From positions 416,001-480,000 of the forward strand of contig OY762926.1 of assembly GCA_963666735.1 (NCBI GenBank): 64,000 nucleotides of DNA, read 5' to 3'. The position numbers and the translations under genes were made by a program. Under the pieces are notes generated by a model. It was given only the letters and a program-made list of their open reading frames with translations. It was not told the origin of the DNA and made no database searches. Of this stretch, positions 1-9,732 are shown one piece after another. Position 1 is the first letter of the stretch, and every line of letters starts with the position of its first letter. The stretch is from Gemmatimonadota bacterium. Lineage in GTDB: Bacteria; Gemmatimonadota; Gemmatimonadetes; Palauibacterales; Palauibacteraceae.

Positions 1-1335
1 GCGGATGATGGTGAAGGTTCTGCTGTACGGTTACGCGACGGGGGTGTTCTCGTCTCGGAAGCTGGCGCGGAAGCTGGAGGAGGACGTGCCGCTCAGGATG
101 CTGGCGGCGGGGAACTTTCCGGCGCACCGGACGCTGTGCGAGTTCCGGAAGAAGAACCTGAGGGCGTTCGGTGCGTTGTTCGCCGAGGCGGTGCTTCTGG
201 CGCGGGAGCTGGGTCTGGCGGGGCTGGGCCGGGTGGCGGTGGACGGGACGAAGGTTCGGGCGAACGCGAGCAAGCGGAAGGCGATGAGCTACGGGCGGAT
301 GGGTCCGGAGGAGGCGCGCCTGGAGGCGGAGATCGCGGAGTTGCTGGCGCGTGCGGAGGCGGCCGACGCGGAGGAGGACGAGCGGCACGGGGAGGACGTT
401 CGGGGCGACGAGCTGCCGGAGGAGCTGAAGCGGCGGGAGGACCGGCTGGCGGCGATCCGGGCGGCGCGGGCTCGTCTGGAGGCGGAGGCGCGGGAGCGCG
501 ACGACGCGCGGGGCCGGGAGCCGGAGTGGGACCGCAACCCGAAGGGGGGGTCGCCGTACAAGCTGGCCTACGGGGAGCCGGAGGCGGACTCGCAGACGAA
601 CTTCACGGATCCGGAGAGCCGGATCATGCGGACGAGCACGGAGGGCTACCAGCAGTGCTACAACGCGCAGGCGGTGGTCGACGGCGAGAGCCAGCTGGTG
701 CTGGGGGCGGAGGTGACCGACAACGCGAGCGACCAGGGGCAGCTGGTGGAGCGGGTGGACGAGGTGTCCGGGCGGTTGGGGGAGACGCCGGGCGAGGTGC
801 TGGCCGACGCGGGCTACTCGAACGAGGAGGATCTGGCGGCTCTGGATGCGCGGGGGATCGACGGCTACGTGGCGCTGGGCCGGGAGGGCAAGGGGGCCGG
901 CAAGCCCGACCCGAAGAAGCTCCCGGCGACGGCGCGCATGGCGAAGAAGCTGGAGACTCCCCAAGGCCGGGCGGTGTATGCCAAGCGCAAGTGGATCGCC
1001 GAAGCGCCCATCGGGTGGGTCAAGGAGGCGATGGGGTTCAGGAGGTTCAGCCTCAGGGGCTTGGAGAACGTGCGCGGCGAGTGGGATCTGGTGTGTCTGG
1101 CGCTCAACGCGCGGCGCCTCCACGTCCTTCGGGCCGCGTGAGGGGCGAAATCTTCGCGCCGGAGGGCCTCCGGGGCCCGAAACGCGGCCGGATCCACCCG
1201 GAAACGGCGCCGGCGCGGCGGCTTCGCCCGCGCGACGGCGGCTCCCGCCGACAACCGGCGCCCCTCAGCCTCCGGGCGGCCGCGCTTCCCGGGATCCGCC
1301 GCCCTTCGCGACCGTTCTACCGCGCAAGCTCCTAG
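1..1335 (+). mobile_element. IS1182-family insertion sequence, right part; ends at ...GCAAGCTCCTAG
   Basis: Transposase followed by ~190 bp of non-coding DNA ending at CTAG (1332-1335), where the next host gene's stop codon lies. The left end is not in the window, so IR and TSD cannot be verified. Confidence 0.7.
5..1141 (+). CDS. IS1182-family DDE transposase (5' end probably outside window)
   Basis: VLLYGYATGVFSSRKL (DUF772-like), VAVDGTKVRANAS, NFTDPESRIM, QCYNAQ, LADAGY and GFRRFSLRG motifs typical of IS1182 transposases. Confidence 0.92.
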   Translation: MMVKVLLYGYATGVFSSRKLARKLEEDVPLRMLAAGNFPAHRTLCEFRKKNLRAFGALFAEAVLLARELGLAGLGRVAVDGTKVRANASKRKAMSYGRMGPEEARLEAEIAELLARAEAADAEEDERHGEDVRGDELPEELKRREDRLAAIRAARARLEAEARERDDARGREPEWDRNPKGGSPYKLAYGEPEADSQTNFTDPESRIMRTSTEGYQQCYNAQAVVDGESQLVLGAEVTDNASDQGQLVERVDEVSGRLGETPGEVLADAGYSNEEDLAALDARGIDGYVALGREGKGAGKPDPKKLPATARMAKKLETPQGRAVYAKRKWIAEAPIGWVKEAMGFRRFSLRGLENVRGEWDLVCLALNARRLHVLRAA

Positions 1336-1652
1336 GGTCGAACGAGCGCCGCGCCGCTCGCCTCGGCCGCCTCGCGGAGTCGGCGGTCAAGAGAGGCGAG
1401 GGGCAGCGAGCGGCGCAGGGAGGTTTCGACGTAGGCGGCGTCGTACACGGACAGCCGGTGCCTTCTGGCAAGGTCGAGGATGAGGCGGTCGTCGTGAGCC
1501 TCGTAGGCCCGCGTGCGCTCATTCTCTTCCACGGGCACCAATCGGGCGATGGGACGGCCGTGCCTCGTGATCGTCACGCTCTCTCCCTCCATCACGCGTC
1601 GCAACAACCGGGGCAGGTGGGTCTTGGCTTCGTAAGCACCGACGCTGTCCAT
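1332..1652 (-). pseudogene. Phd/YefM antitoxin N-terminus fused in frame to the C-terminal half of a VapC/PIN toxin (collapsed TA pair)
   Basis: MDSVGAYEAKTHLPRLLRRVMEGESVTITRHGRPIARLVP (Phd) followed by LARRHRLSVYDAAYVE...LASLDRRLREAA (PIN C-terminus). Confidence 0.8.
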
Positions 1653-1751
1653 CGAACTCTCTCGCAGCAAATCATTCAGACCAGATGATACAACCAGTCT
1701 AATTCTAAGCTGGGGATCACCTGTTGCAAAGCGCGCAATGCCGTCTCGACC

Positions 1752-2444
1752 TCAGGCCGGGGACAGGAGCCACGCTGCTGCTGCTGCGAGGTCGGGCGCG
1801 ACGTGCACCGGGTCGGCATCGTCCGGCCGGGGTTCGCCCTTGCGGTTGACCCACAGCACGGGAACCCTGAGCGATGTCGCGGGCGCCACGTCGTGGAAGA
1901 GGCTCTGCGCCACGTGCAGCCAGCGGTCGAAGCCGGCGGCCCACTCCCGCCCCCGCTCGAAGTGCGGGGCGGCCGGCTTGTAGCTGCGAAGCCTCTGCGC
2001 GGTGCCGAGACGGCCGAACTCGACCTCGAAGTGCTTCAGCGTCGCCGCGAGCAGGTCATCGTCGATGTTCGAGAGGATGCCGAGCGTGACGCCCGCCGCG
2101 GCGAGGCGTGAGAGCGCCGGATTCGTGTCGGGAAAGGGCTGCCAGGAAGGGATGCTGGCGGGGACGCCGGCCGCAGCCTCCTCCGACGTATCCCACCCGT
2201 TCGTGCGCGCGACTTCCACCGAGGTCTCGGTAAGCAACTGCCGGTAGGGGCGGTACTCGCTCGTCTTCAGGCGGTTCTGTGCCGCGTGGAATTCGCCCAG
2301 AAGCGCCTCGTCCTCGACCGCGGCCGCCTCGGTATACGCGGCCCGGAGCGCCGCGAGAATCTCGCCCTCCCAGTCGATCAGCGTGCCGTAACAGTCGAAC
2401 GTGAGAAGGGTGCCCCGGCCCGCCGTCCCCTCGAAACTCTGCAT
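1752..2444 (-). CDS. HAD-superfamily hydrolase (haloacid dehalogenase type II-like)
   Basis: TFDCYGTLIDWE motif I, LSNID, SYKP, HVAQSLFHDV; start taken at ATG 2444. Confidence 0.88.
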   Translation of the reverse strand: MQSFEGTAGRGTLLTFDCYGTLIDWEGEILAALRAAYTEAAAVEDEALLGEFHAAQNRLKTSEYRPYRQLLTETSVEVARTNGWDTSEEAAAGVPASIPSWQPFPDTNPALSRLAAAGVTLGILSNIDDDLLAATLKHFEVEFGRLGTAQRLRSYKPAAPHFERGREWAAGFDRWLHVAQSLFHDVAPATSLRVPVLWVNRKGEPRPDDADPVHVAPDLAAAAAWLLSPA

Positions 2445-2475
2445 GTTCTCCCTCGAAACTGCTATGTTCCCGCTT

Positions 2476-3501
2476 ATGTCGGCCGGCGAGATCTTATCGG
2501 GCGTGGCGGGGGGTGGCCACCGGAGACCCAGCGGGGCTTCGCCGCGTCCCGCCAACCCCTTCGCGGGAGGTGGTCTCGACCGCGCGACCCACCTGCGCGC
2601 CGATTCCCGGTGGATCTCCGGCCGGGTGTCCGATCCGTCCTCCCGCGTCGTCCCCGTGTGGCGCTCGCGCAGCCTCGTATGCCAAAGGGCGGGGGAAATC
2701 GGGGCGGAAGCGGACGGCATGTGCTACGACCCCGTACTCCTCCCGCCCGCAGCGGCGGCCTCCGTTTCGGAATCGCCGAAGGATTGGATCTTTCTCGGGC
2801 TCGACAGCGGGCCGGACGCGGGTCGCGCACTGTTCGCCGCAGACGTATTCGGAGAACGGGCGGAGGGGAATCCCCCTTCCGGCGGCCCGTTCGACGGGGC
2901 GGGGGAGTTCCTCGATCTACGCGGCGTGGGAGCCATGCTGGGGCAGCGCGAGGGCTCCCTCCTGGCGTACGCTCGCGCGCTCCTCACCTGGAGTCGCGGG
3001 CACCGCTTCTGCGGAGCCTGCGGATCCCCGGCCCGGCCCGGCCAGGGAGGTCATGTGCGGCGGTGCTCGAGCGAAGCGTGCGGAACCGAGAATTTCCCCC
3101 GCACGGACCCGGCCATCATCGTCCTCGTGACCGATGGCGATCGCTGCCTGCTCGGGCGGAAGGACATCTGGCCGGAGGGTGTCTACTCCACGCTGGCCGG
3201 ATTCGTGGAGCCGGGAGAGAGCCTCTCCGAAGCGGTGGTGCGCGAGGTGCGCGAGGAATCCGGGATCGAGGTGGGCGCCGTGCGCTATCGATCGTCGCAG
3301 CCCTGGCCCTTCCCGGCGTCGCTGATGCTCGGCTTTCGAGCCGAGCGTACGGGGGGCGAACTCAGCGTGGCGCGGCAGGAACTCGCCGACGCGCGCTGGT
3401 TCGAGCGTACCGATTTCGCTCGCCGCCGCGAGACCGGCCTCCGGCTCCCGGGCCGCGTCTCGATTTCGCGCCGCCTGATCGAGGACTGGCTCGCCGGATA
3501 G
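2476..3501 (+). CDS. nudC: NAD(+) diphosphatase NudC
   Basis: Zn ribbon FCGACG...RRC, Nudix box GFVEPGESLSEAVVREVREESG, SQPWPFPASLM signature; start uncertain (2464 or 2476). Confidence 0.92.
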   Translation: MSAGEILSGVAGGGHRRPSGASPRPANPFAGGGLDRATHLRADSRWISGRVSDPSSRVVPVWRSRSLVCQRAGEIGAEADGMCYDPVLLPPAAAASVSESPKDWIFLGLDSGPDAGRALFAADVFGERAEGNPPSGGPFDGAGEFLDLRGVGAMLGQREGSLLAYARALLTWSRGHRFCGACGSPARPGQGGHVRRCSSEACGTENFPRTDPAIIVLVTDGDRCLLGRKDIWPEGVYSTLAGFVEPGESLSEAVVREVREESGIEVGAVRYRSSQPWPFPASLMLGFRAERTGGELSVARQELADARWFERTDFARRRETGLRLPGRVSISRRLIEDWLAG

Positions 3502-3529
3502 CGGCTGAACCGACGCGGTAGGAGGTTGG

Positions 3530-4801
3530 ATGCGACAGAGCGCGGGATGCCTCATCCTCTCGGCCCTGGTCCTCGCAGGGTTCGGGTGCCGGGACGCAGT
3601 TCGGGAGCGGGACGGCCTTGATTCCGGGGCGGATACCCCGGCCACTTCGACGCTCGATTCCGCAGGGGCGGCGATCGTCCGGATCGCCGGCCTTCAAGAG
3701 TTGGCTCTGCCGGGACTGAGCAGACGGCCGCTCTACTCCACCTTGGAAGAGGTCGATCTCCACCAGGTGGCGGGCGCTGTGTTCCTTCCGGATTCGTCGC
3801 TCGCCATCGCGAACAGGGGGTCGTCTCAGGTCCTTCTCCTCGATCCACTGGGAAGCATTCTGGAACGGGCAGGCCGCGAGGGAGAGGGGCCGGGAGAGTA
3901 TGTCGACATCGCGTGGATCGGAGTCGGCGCGGACGGCATGCTTGCCGTGTTCGACCGTCGCCTGCGGCGCTTCACCTTCCTGGACGCGCGGGGAAGCGTG
4001 ACCGGAATCCGGCGTATCGACGTGACCGAGGCTCTTGTCCCGCTGGCCGGCCTCGCGAGCGGAGAGTTTCTCGCGGTGGTCGAGACGCGCCCTTTCCGTC
4101 CCTTGGGGTTCCAGCGAGGCCCACTCTTTCTTGTCGTCGTTGACCAGGCGGGCGCGGTAGTGGACACGCTGGGGCGGTGGGCCGGCAAGGAGCGCTACGT
4201 AACGCCCGACCGGATGATCGGGGTCGGGTTCGCCGCCACGGCGCTCTATGCGGGACGCGGCCCCTATTCGGTACTCGCCACGACGGACTCGCTCGACGTT
4301 GCCCTGTACGAAGCAGCGACACCGCTGACGCGGATCCGCGGCAGCCATTCGCCCCGCCCGGTCACGTCCCGGGAAAAGGAGGCCTGGACCGAACTCGTTC
4401 TCGACCTCTACCCGGAATCGGTGCGCCCGGCTCAGCGACGAACGCTGGAGCAGTCGAGGGTGCGGGACACCTATCCAGCCTTCGGCGCGCTGAGGGTGTC
4501 CGCCGATGGGGCGATTTGGCTCGGAGCCTACACCGGACTCGACGATGCGGAGCGCAGCTGGACGGTCCTTCGGCGCGATGGGGTCCCGCTCGGTCGCCTC
4601 GGGCTTCCCGTTTACCGTCCGGAGCTACTGAAGGTCCGAGAGAGCGGCATCACCGGCTGGGCTCCGGTCGAGCTTGAGACGACGATCCCCAGCGCCAGCC
4701 ACGAGCTGCTCGACGTGGCCGCGGACCGCATCGCCGTCCTCCGCACGAGCGAGCTCGGTGAAGAGTTCATCGAGGTGTACGAGGTCGAGTTGCCGCGATA
4801 G
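3530..4801 (+). CDS. Exported lipoprotein, 6-bladed beta-propeller-like
   Basis: Lipobox LAGFGC; GREGEGPGEY motif of 6-bladed beta-propeller proteins. Confidence 0.75.
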   Translation: MRQSAGCLILSALVLAGFGCRDAVRERDGLDSGADTPATSTLDSAGAAIVRIAGLQELALPGLSRRPLYSTLEEVDLHQVAGAVFLPDSSLAIANRGSSQVLLLDPLGSILERAGREGEGPGEYVDIAWIGVGADGMLAVFDRRLRRFTFLDARGSVTGIRRIDVTEALVPLAGLASGEFLAVVETRPFRPLGFQRGPLFLVVVDQAGAVVDTLGRWAGKERYVTPDRMIGVGFAATALYAGRGPYSVLATTDSLDVALYEAATPLTRIRGSHSPRPVTSREKEAWTELVLDLYPESVRPAQRRTLEQSRVRDTYPAFGALRVSADGAIWLGAYTGLDDAERSWTVLRRDGVPLGRLGLPVYRPELLKVRESGITGWAPVELETTIPSASHELLDVAADRIAVLRTSELGEEFIEVYEVELPR

Positions 4802-4916
4802 CGGGGGCGCGGGCCGGACGCGCTACCGGACCGTGGGGCCGGGTCTTCAACGTGCCCGCCGGAACGTTCCGGATCTCAAGTTTTTCGAATCATCCGAATC
4901 AGGAGCTCCACGCCGC

Positions 4917-5342
4917 ATGACGAACGACTCGACCTTGCCCGCCCCGATCGAACGGACGATCGAACTCGACGCCTCGCCCGCCCGCGTGTGGGTGGCGCTC
5001 GCCGACCCCGATGGGCTGGCCTCGTGGTTCCCGGACCGGGTGGAGGGACTCGCGCCGGAAGAGGGGGCGACGGGCTGGCTGGTGTGGGACCAACACGGGC
5101 GGTACGCGATCGCCGTCGAGTGGATGGAGGCGGGGCGGCGACTCGTGTGGCGCTGGGCCCGGAAGCCGGAGACCCCGCTCGAGGGCGGCTACAACACGAC
5201 GGTGGAGTGGACGCTCAGCGAACGCGCGGGCGGCGGGACGATCCTGCGCCTGGTCGAGAGCGGCTTCCGGACCGAGAGCGACCGCCAGGACAACGTCGGC
5301 GGCTGGGAGCACGAACTCGGCGAACTCGCCGACCACCTATGA
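4917..5342 (+). CDS. SRPBCC/AHSA1-like domain protein
   Basis: IERTIELDASPARVWVAL...WF...TILRLVESGF...GW pattern; AGGAG upstream of ATG 4917. Confidence 0.85.
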   Translation: MTNDSTLPAPIERTIELDASPARVWVALADPDGLASWFPDRVEGLAPEEGATGWLVWDQHGRYAIAVEWMEAGRRLVWRWARKPETPLEGGYNTTVEWTLSERAGGGTILRLVESGFRTESDRQDNVGGWEHELGELADHL

Positions 5343-6485
5343 CTTCGGGATGTCCTTGCCGGGATCCACGAAGGGCCGGGGCACGACCGTCGCATCGCGT
5401 TCTCCGTCGGGCGTCGTCACGCTGAGGCGCGTGCCCATCTCGCCGGAGGCGGCGGGCACGAGGGCGTAGCCGATGTTCCGCCCGAGACGCGGCGAGTGGA
5501 CGGCGGAAGTGACGAAGCCGATCTCCTCTCCGTCCCGGCGCACCGGCCAGCGGTCCATGTTCAGATCGAGCGGGGCGCCCGATATCTCGATTCCGGCCAG
5601 GAGCCGCCGCGGCCCCTCCTCGGCGATCCGGGCCAGCGCGTCGCGGCCGATGAAGTCGCCCGCCTGGTCGAAATCGACCTGCCAGCCGAGCCCGACCTCC
5701 CAGGGGTTCGTGTCCAGCGTCATGTCGATGCCGTAGTTGAGGATGCCGGCTTCGATGCGGCGGATGTCCGACGGACCGGTGGGTGAGATGCCCAGGTCGT
5801 GTCCCGCCTCCATCACCCGGTCCCAGAGTTCGACCCCCCGGCTCCCGTCCCTGAGGTAGATCTCGTAGCCGACCTCGCCGCTCCACCCCGTGCGGGTCAC
5901 GACCACGGGGATGCCGTCCACGTCCGTTTCGAGGAACCAGTAGTAGCGGAGCCTGAGGACGTCCTCCCCGAACAGCCGGCGCACGACCTCCTTCGACTTC
6001 GGGCCCTGCACCTGAATCGGCGACACATCCGGCTCGCAGATCTCGACATCGAGGCCGGCGTTGAGCGCGATGCCCTTCGCGTACAGCAGCACGTCGCTGT
6101 CCGCGAGCGCGAGCCAGAAATGGTTCTCGGCCAGGCGCAGCAGCACGGGGTCGTTCACGATGCCGCCGTCCTCGGCGCCGATGATCACGTATTTGCCCTG
6201 CCCGACGGCGCACTTCGACAGGTCCCTGGGCGTGAGCAGGTTCGTGAACTCGAAGGCGTCCGGCCCCGTGATCTCCACCTGCCGCTCGACGCTCACGTCC
6301 CACACCGTGACGCCGGTAAGGAGCTTCTCGTACTCCGCGTGCAGGTCGTCGTAGCGGGTGGGGAGAAACATGTGGTTGTAGACCGTGTAGCTCCGGCATC
6401 CGTCGCGGAGGGTGGCCTCGAAGTAGGGCGAGCGGCGGAGCCGGGCCCCGCGCTGGATCAAGGCCATGTCGAAGGTCTCGGTCAT
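5337..6485 (-). CDS. GcvT-family aminomethyltransferase/demethylase, DmdA-like
   Basis: YTVYNHMFLP, VWDVSVERQVEITGPDA, NDPVLLRL, TRTGWSGEVGYE, RRIEAG motifs. Confidence 0.85.
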   Translation of the reverse strand: MTETFDMALIQRGARLRRSPYFEATLRDGCRSYTVYNHMFLPTRYDDLHAEYEKLLTGVTVWDVSVERQVEITGPDAFEFTNLLTPRDLSKCAVGQGKYVIIGAEDGGIVNDPVLLRLAENHFWLALADSDVLLYAKGIALNAGLDVEICEPDVSPIQVQGPKSKEVVRRLFGEDVLRLRYYWFLETDVDGIPVVVTRTGWSGEVGYEIYLRDGSRGVELWDRVMEAGHDLGISPTGPSDIRRIEAGILNYGIDMTLDTNPWEVGLGWQVDFDQAGDFIGRDALARIAEEGPRRLLAGIEISGAPLDLNMDRWPVRRDGEEIGFVTSAVHSPRLGRNIGYALVPAASGEMGTRLSVTTPDGERDATVVPRPFVDPGKDIPKS

Positions 6486-6690
6486 GAGGTTCCTCTCCGG
6501 TCTACAGGTTGGGTGTCACGGGACGGAATCGGTCCCGGCGAATGCCGCAGCGTAACGCCGCAGCGCAAGGTGCGCGGATCATATGCGCCGACCCGAACGG
6601 ACGGCCAGTCCATGGGCTCTTGCTCGCGAACGACGCAGCCTGTACCCGGAAGTGATGGGTAGGCCAGCTCTTGCCGTCGGGACACAAGAA

Positions 6691-7548
6691 ATGAATCCTC
6701 GCACGAACAACCTTGCCGGCGTGGACAACGTCATCCCCCGTCCGGGGATGCTGGCCACCGTGCGGAAACGACGCGGCACAGTGACGTCGGTATCTCCGTT
6801 CGACGGCGAGACGGGACGGCTACACCTCGTTCATCTCGAATACCGCGACGGCGGCTCACCGTCCGACGAGCGTCTGCTGTGGGAACTCGAGCCACGCAAG
6901 ACCCTCCTTGAGCCGACCGCATTGCCGGACGCTTCCCGCTCCGATCCCATGCCTCCGGCCGATTTCGACGCTCTGCTACGGGCCGCGCGATGGACCGCGC
7001 TGTCGCCGTACCTGGGCCTTGACGGCAACGGTCGCGAGGAGGGCAAAGGGATAGGAGCTTTCCTTGCCCAGAACGGCGGCGAAGGCTGGTTGCTTCCCGA
7101 AACCCTTCGCTTGGCCGATTACGGACTGGGCCATGACGACCGCGCTCAGCACCATCAGCCCGTCGCCAGCCGTCTCGGTCCACGATTCTGCGATTGGCAG
7201 CTCGCCCAGAGCGCCGAGGAGGATCGACGAGAGTGCCACCTGCATGCGCGCAACCTTCTGGGCCGGGTCGAGTACGTTCAGCTTCTCGGCCGGTTGGTCG
7301 GGCACCGCAGACGGCACGGACAGGGGCACCACGATCTCCTCTTCAACGGGTTTACGCACGACTTGATCGGCGACACTTCGTCGATCGATGGCAAGGAGTT
7401 CGGCTACTCCGAGGCGGACCAGATTTTCGAGGAAGAAGGAGCGGCTCGGCGCGTCGCCGAAGCGGGTCCGGGCTACTCGACCGCGCCCTTCCGCAGGCCG
7501 GGTCAGACCGAGATGTTCCCAAGGTCTCAGACCGAGCCTCCCCTGTAG
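6691..7548 (+). pseudogene. Chimeric ORF: N-terminus resembling SNF2 (DrmD-like) defence helicases joined to a C-terminus resembling associated DNA methyltransferases
   Basis: PRPGMLATVRKRRG...LVHLEY...ERLLWELEP...ARWTALSPY followed directly by FLAQNGGEGWLLPETLRLADYGLGHD...HLHARNLLG; no Walker A, DExx or NPPY motifs. Family resemblance is from memory. Confidence 0.55.
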
Positions 7549-7559
7549 AAGGCAGGACC

Positions 7560-8765
7560 ATGTTCGACACGCCCGACCAGATTTTGCGTCAGCTGAGAGC
7601 CGGAGAGGACAGCCGCGCCGAGTTCAAAGAACTCCGTTTCGGCGAACGAGGTGTGATCTCCCCGAACACGGAGGATTTGGCCGGGGAGATGGTGTCGTTC
7701 GCCAACGCGGAGGGCGGGACGATCTTCCTTGGCGTGGATGACGACGGGGACATCGTCGGCGTGCCTCGGGAGAAGTCGCAGCTCGTGGAGCAATGGGTGC
7801 TCAACGTCGCAACCCAGAACTGCGATCCGCCCCTCCGGCCGGAAGTCAGGCGGGAGGCCCTTCCGGTGCCGGGGGAGAACGGCCTGTCCATCATCCTAGT
7901 GACCGTTCCGCAGGGACTGTTTGCCCACTGTACTGCCGGCGGCCGCTACTACGTCCGCCTCGGGTCGACCAAACGCCGTCTCACTCCCCCGGAGCTGGCC
8001 CGCCTGTTTCAGGAACGGGGCCGGGGGTATGTCTTCGACGAGCAGCAGGTCTTCTCCGGCGCGGTGGAGAATCTGGACTGGAACCGGTTGGAGGCGTTCT
8101 TCGGCCGCTCGCCGAGGATCCCATGGCTCGACCTCCTCCGGAATACGCGGGTGACCATCTGCGACCAAGGCGGCGTGGATCGGCCTACCGTTGCCGGGTT
8201 GCTCGCATTCTCGTCGGATCCGGCCGGTCTGTTGCCATCCGCGTACGTCGAGGCGGCCTGCTACGGCGGAACCCGCCTCTCATCGGATGATCTGGTGCAT
8301 GCCGAGCGTCTCGCCGGTCCGGTCTCCGACCAGATCGACGCAGGTATCGCCTTCGTCATGCACTTCATGAGCGCCGGACGTACGGCCGAGGGCATGGACG
8401 TGTACGACATCGATGTGGTAGACGAGGCCATCGTCAACGCCGTGGCCCACCGGGACTACTCCGTTTCGGGCTCGAAGATCCGCCTGTTCCTGTACGCCGA
8501 CCGCTTGGAACTGTACAGCCCCGGCAAGCTGCCCAACGGACTGACGATCGAGGAGATGCCTTACCGCACCTTCACGCGCAACCAGCTTCTGGTCAGCTTT
8601 CTATCGAAGATGCGCAGCAAGCGCACCGGCCAGGTCTTCCTTGAGTCCCGAGGGGAAGGCGTGCGGAAGATCTTGGAGGACGGCGAGGCCCACGCAGGCC
8701 GCCGCCCGGAATACGAGCTGTTCGGAAACGAGCTCCGCCTGACCATTTGGGCGCTGAGGCGGTAG
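7560..8765 (+). CDS. AlbA_2 (Schlafen-like) DNA-binding domain + HATPase_c_4 ATP-binding protein
   Basis: GEDSRAEFKE...SFANAEGGTIFLGVDDDG; EAIVNAVAHRDY; RLELYSPGKLP; ESRGEG. Confidence 0.88.
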   Translation: MFDTPDQILRQLRAGEDSRAEFKELRFGERGVISPNTEDLAGEMVSFANAEGGTIFLGVDDDGDIVGVPREKSQLVEQWVLNVATQNCDPPLRPEVRREALPVPGENGLSIILVTVPQGLFAHCTAGGRYYVRLGSTKRRLTPPELARLFQERGRGYVFDEQQVFSGAVENLDWNRLEAFFGRSPRIPWLDLLRNTRVTICDQGGVDRPTVAGLLAFSSDPAGLLPSAYVEAACYGGTRLSSDDLVHAERLAGPVSDQIDAGIAFVMHFMSAGRTAEGMDVYDIDVVDEAIVNAVAHRDYSVSGSKIRLFLYADRLELYSPGKLPNGLTIEEMPYRTFTRNQLLVSFLSKMRSKRTGQVFLESRGEGVRKILEDGEAHAGRRPEYELFGNELRLTIWALRR

Positions 8766-9417
8766 CCGTGGGCACGGCCGCCGTCAAGGCGAGAACGGTC
8801 ACCGTTTGCGAAGGTCGACGCCGCAGCCGAGGCAGGGTCGGGGAAACGGGGTTTCGCGTGACGCTGAGATGTGGACGGGACGATTCCAGATCACCGGTTA
8901 GTATGATATGACAATCGGAGGCACGATGGCGTTACCGCAAATCAGCAAAGCCATCCGCAACGAGTTTCGAGAGGTTCTTAGCGGCCATTTTGTTCTGCGA
9001 GATATCAGCGACATCGTCACGGCTGCCGGTTTCTCGGATGACGTCACTTGGGAGGCGTGGGGCAATCGTCGCAAACTCGCTGAAGATTATTTCGCAACCC
9101 TGAACCTGGCGAGGCAACGCGATATCGCCATGCTATTGGCGGCCGTCAATAAAACAGCCGTTCGGTTAACGGCAGACGGTATCCCTGAGGGCATTAGCGA
9201 TCTCATCCGACTGATGAGGGAGAATGGCTACAGCTACGAGGATGGTACCTTCACGGCAGTGCAGCAGCAGAAGGCGGTAACGGAGGAGCTAATGATGTGG
9301 TCATTGTCTACCTACAATTTCATTTGCTACGGTAGTCCCGATGCTCTCGTGTTTCGAGATGGAGTTGCCCCGCTTTGACGGACACCTATCCATTGGGGTC
9401 AAGCAAGGAGGTGTTCC

Positions 9418-9732
9418 ATGGCGGGCCGGAAGGGGCGGTATCCATCCGAGTACAGGGAGCGGCTGGTGGAACTGGTGAGGGGCGGGCGTAGTGCCGCGTC
9501 ACTCGCCCGGAAGTTCGAGCCGTCGGAGCAGACGATCCGGAACTGGGTCCGGCAGGCGGATGTGGACGAGGGGTTCCGTAGCGACGGGCTGACAACGGAG
9601 GCGCGCAGCGAGCTGCGGCGCCTGGAGCGGGAGAACAAGCGGCTCAGGATGGAGCGCGACATCCTAAAAAAAGCCGCGGCCTGGTTCGCGAGGGAGAGCG
9701 GATCGATCCCCGGCGGGGGTATGCGTTCATGA
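9418..9732 (+). CDS. IS3 transposase OrfA (HTH + leucine zipper)
   Basis: YPSEYRERLVEL...TIRNWVRQ...LERENKRLRMERDILKKAAAWF; A7G slippery site at 9666-9673. Confidence 0.93.
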   Translation: MAGRKGRYPSEYRERLVELVRGGRSAASLARKFEPSEQTIRNWVRQADVDEGFRSDGLTTEARSELRRLERENKRLRMERDILKKAAAWFARESGSIPGGGMRS

